The notes beneath the pieces were generated by a model. The model did no database searches, was not told where the DNA came from, and worked only from the letters and a program-made list of their open reading frames with translations. Position numbers and translations under genes: made by a program. Of a DNA stretch of 32,000 nt, positions 30,172-32,000 are shown in pieces (within the stretch, counting starts at the first letter, position 1; each line of letters begins with the position of its first letter). The stretch lies in contig NZ_CP179200.1 in NCBI RefSeq assembly GCF_051201565.1, positions 1,740,001 to 1,772,000 on the forward strand, in the 5' to 3' direction. The DNA is from Pseudothioglobus sp. nBUS_23 (GTDB taxonomy: Bacteria; Pseudomonadota; Gammaproteobacteria; PS1; Pseudothioglobaceae).

Positions 30172-32000
30172 ATAAAATTATAAAAGTTGGCGTCATTGGC
30201 GCCGGTACGATGGGTGCTGGTATTGCTGGCCAAGTTGCTAACGCAGGAATAGAGGTTTGGCTACTAGACCTGCCTACTGAAGGTGAAAATGTAAACAGCT
30301 TGGCCCAAAAAGGATTAGAGAGACTCAGAGATCCTGATATGCCTGGCATTATGAGCAAAGAGGCTGAAGAGCTTATACATCTCGGAAACACAAGAGATAA
30401 CTTTAATGAGCTCAATGAATGTGACTGGATTGCTGAAGCTGTCGTGGAAAGACTGGATATTAAACAGGCGCTATACAAAAAACTTCATGAAACCTGTAAA
30501 GAATCTGCGATCATTACTTCGAATACTTCAACTATTCCAATTAGTCTATTGACTGAGGGCATGCCTCAAGACTTTTGTGAGCGCTTTGCTATTACTCATT
30601 TCTTTAATCCGGTTCGCTTCATGAGACTCCTAGAGCTAGTCAGAGGTGAGCAAACCAGACAAGATGTGATGGACACGCTTGATGTTTTCTGCGAGAGTAT
30701 GCTTGGTAAGGGTGTTGTGCCTTGTTCAGATACGCCTGGCTTTCTTGCAAATAGAGTGGGTGTTTTTGCAATTCAGTGCGCCCTTCACAAGGCATTTGAA
30801 TACAACCTCTCTCCAACAGAGGCTGATGCTTTTTTTGGTAGGCCACTTGGCCTTCCCAAAACTGGAGTTTTTGGTCTTTATGACCTAATTGGTATTGATT
30901 TAATGGCTGATGTGGCAAAAAGCCTCGAAAACATCTTGCCAGAAAATGATGCCTTTCATAAGTATGCCGCGCCCATAGAATTTGTGTCCAACATGATCGC
31001 CAATGGTCAAACTGGAAACAAAAATGATCAGGGCTTTTATAAGCAGGTTGGTGATGACAAAATGGTAATAGACCTGTCCAATGGAAGCTATGTTGAACAT
31101 AAACGCCTAAAAACTTCTCTCTTAGAAGAAGCTGAAAAAACTGGAGTGGCCGCAATCATTAGCGATCAAAGCAAATACGGCCTCTTTATCTGGGATGTAC
31201 TTTCTGAAACTTTGTCCTATGCGGCCTCATTAGTCCCTGAAGTTACTGAAGATGTAACCCAAATTGATGACGCAATGAAGCTGGGCTATAACTGGGTGAA
31301 AGGGCCTTTCGAGTTAATTGATGAAATTGGCATCGATTACTTTGTTAATAGGCTTAAAACTAGCGCCAGAGATGTGCCTGACTTCCTTGAAAATAGCACA
31401 AATAAAAAGTTTTATATTAACTCGAATTCAATCTTGAGCACGCTCACTAGTTCTGGCGAACTAAAACCTATTGTCAGGCCAAAAGGCGTTCTTCGATTCT
31501 CAGAGGCGCGACAAACTTTGGCTCCAATCAACTCAAATGAGTCAGCTAGTTGGTTTGAATATGAGGATGCGGCTGTTGTAGAGTTCCACTCAAAAGCAAA
31601 CGCTCTCGATAGTCAAAGCCTGGACATGATATCTGATGCGGTCACTGCCGCTGAAAACAAAGGCCTGAAAGGCGTCATTATTCACAATGACTTTCAGCAT
31701 TTTTCTTGTGGTGTTAGCTTATGGAGCGTTAGAAACTGTTTTGAAAAAAATGACTTTGATGGCCTTGATGACTTTCTTGCTTATTTTCAAAATACTATGC
31801 TTCAAATGAGAAACTCTAGTCTCCCTGTTGTTGCTGCGCCTGTTGGAATGTCTATCGGCGGTGGTTTTGAGGTTGTATTACATGCAGACCATGTTGTCAG
31901 TCACGCTAACTCTGTGATGGGCCTAGTTGAGTCTTTTGTTGGCGTTGTGCCTGCAGGTGGTGGCTGCAAAGAAATGCTTTATCGATGGACAGAAAAGCTA
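30168..32000 (+). CDS. 3-hydroxyacyl-CoA dehydrogenase (N-terminal) / enoyl-CoA hydratase (C-terminal) fusion, FadN-like domain order, 3' end outside the window
   Basis: This frame is not in the supplied ORF track because it has no stop in the window. I translated it by hand: 611 sense codons from the ATG at 30168. Motifs: MNKIIKVGVIGAGTMGAGIAGQV (Rossmann), ITHFFNPVRFMRLLELV (3HCDH), and later a crotonase-like GMSIGGGFEVVLHAD. Confidence 0.88.
   Translation, partial: MNKIIKVGVIGAGTMGAGIAGQVANAGIEVWLLDLPTEGENVNSLAQKGLERLRDPDMPGIMSKEAEELIHLGNTRDNFNELNECDWIAEAVVERLDIKQALYKKLHETCKESAIITSNTSTIPISLLTEGMPQDFCERFAITHFFNPVRFMRLLELVRGEQTRQDVMDTLDVFCESMLGKGVVPCSDTPGFLANRVGVFAIQCALHKAFEYNLSPTEADAFFGRPLGLPKTGVFGLYDLIGIDLMADVAKSLENILPENDAFHKYAAPIEFVSNMIANGQTGNKNDQGFYKQVGDDKMVIDLSNGSYVEHKRLKTSLLEEAEKTGVAAIISDQSKYGLFIWDVLSETLSYAASLVPEVTEDVTQIDDAMKLGYNWVKGPFELIDEIGIDYFVNRLKTSARDVPDFLENSTNKKFYINSNSILSTLTSSGELKPIVRPKGVLRFSEARQTLAPINSNESASWFEYEDAAVVEFHSKANALDSQSLDMISDAVTAAENKGLKGVIIHNDFQHFSCGVSLWSVRNCFEKNDFDGLDDFLAYFQNTMLQMRNSSLPVVAAPVGMSIGGGFEVVLHADHVVSHANSVMGLVESFVGVVPAGGGCKEMLYRWTEKL

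Noticed and set aside
30640-31155. 171-aa minus-strand ORF, the longest unexplained entry in the ORF track. Also the neighbouring minus-strand ORFs 29847-30233, 30149-30478 and 30900-31100.
   Set aside because: All lie antisense to well-supported plus-strand genes: the hydrolase and the HAD/ECH fusion that the track omitted. The translations are His/Gln/Cys/Trp-rich with no protein-like pattern. They are shadow ORFs.

Overview
This is a visibly AT-rich, very gene-dense chromosomal segment. Its synteny looks gammaproteobacterial: divergent grpE / nadK-recN, ubiE-ubiJ-ubiB, and rplY(Ctc-type)-pth-ychF. All calls below come from reading the supplied translations and the DNA by eye; no database search or alignment was run. 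I count 34 protein-coding genes, two of them truncated by the window edges. I saw no rRNA, tRNA, CRISPR array, transposase, integrase or phage gene.

Layout:
- 1-6725, minus strand: atpG start, atpA-H-F-E-B-I, then recN and nadK.
- 6791-12850, plus strand: grpE, a pseudoazurin, the largest non-coding spacer in the window (373 bp) carrying a near-consensus sigma70 promoter, then a tightly packed five-gene operon. The operon encodes a PcaD-like hydrolase, a flavin reductase fused to a degenerate Nudix-like domain, a luciferase-like monooxygenase, an aldehyde dehydrogenase and a PcaC-like CMD protein.
- 12847-13743, minus strand: an EamA transporter whose stop codon overlaps the CMD stop codon.
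- 13907-32000, plus strand: a long housekeeping array of dsbD, accB, accC, argC, erpA, a short-type citrate synthase, ubiE, ubiJ, ubiB, rplY, pth, ychF, gpmI, rpe, metY, a second alpha/beta hydrolase, and a 3-hydroxyacyl-CoA dehydrogenase/enoyl-CoA hydratase fusion that runs off the window.

Most of the window is ordinary core genome. Four things deserve a second look:
1. The uncharacterised flavin-monooxygenase operon at 8020-12850 and its unusual reductase::pseudo-Nudix fusion.
2. A single-nucleotide frame disruption near the 5' end of ubiB.
3. The translationally coupled metY-hydrolase-HAD/ECH trio.
4. A 611-codon open frame at 30168-32000 that is absent from the supplied ORF track because it has no stop inside the window.

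I cannot show that any of these is a new biological system. The five-gene operon is the best candidate.
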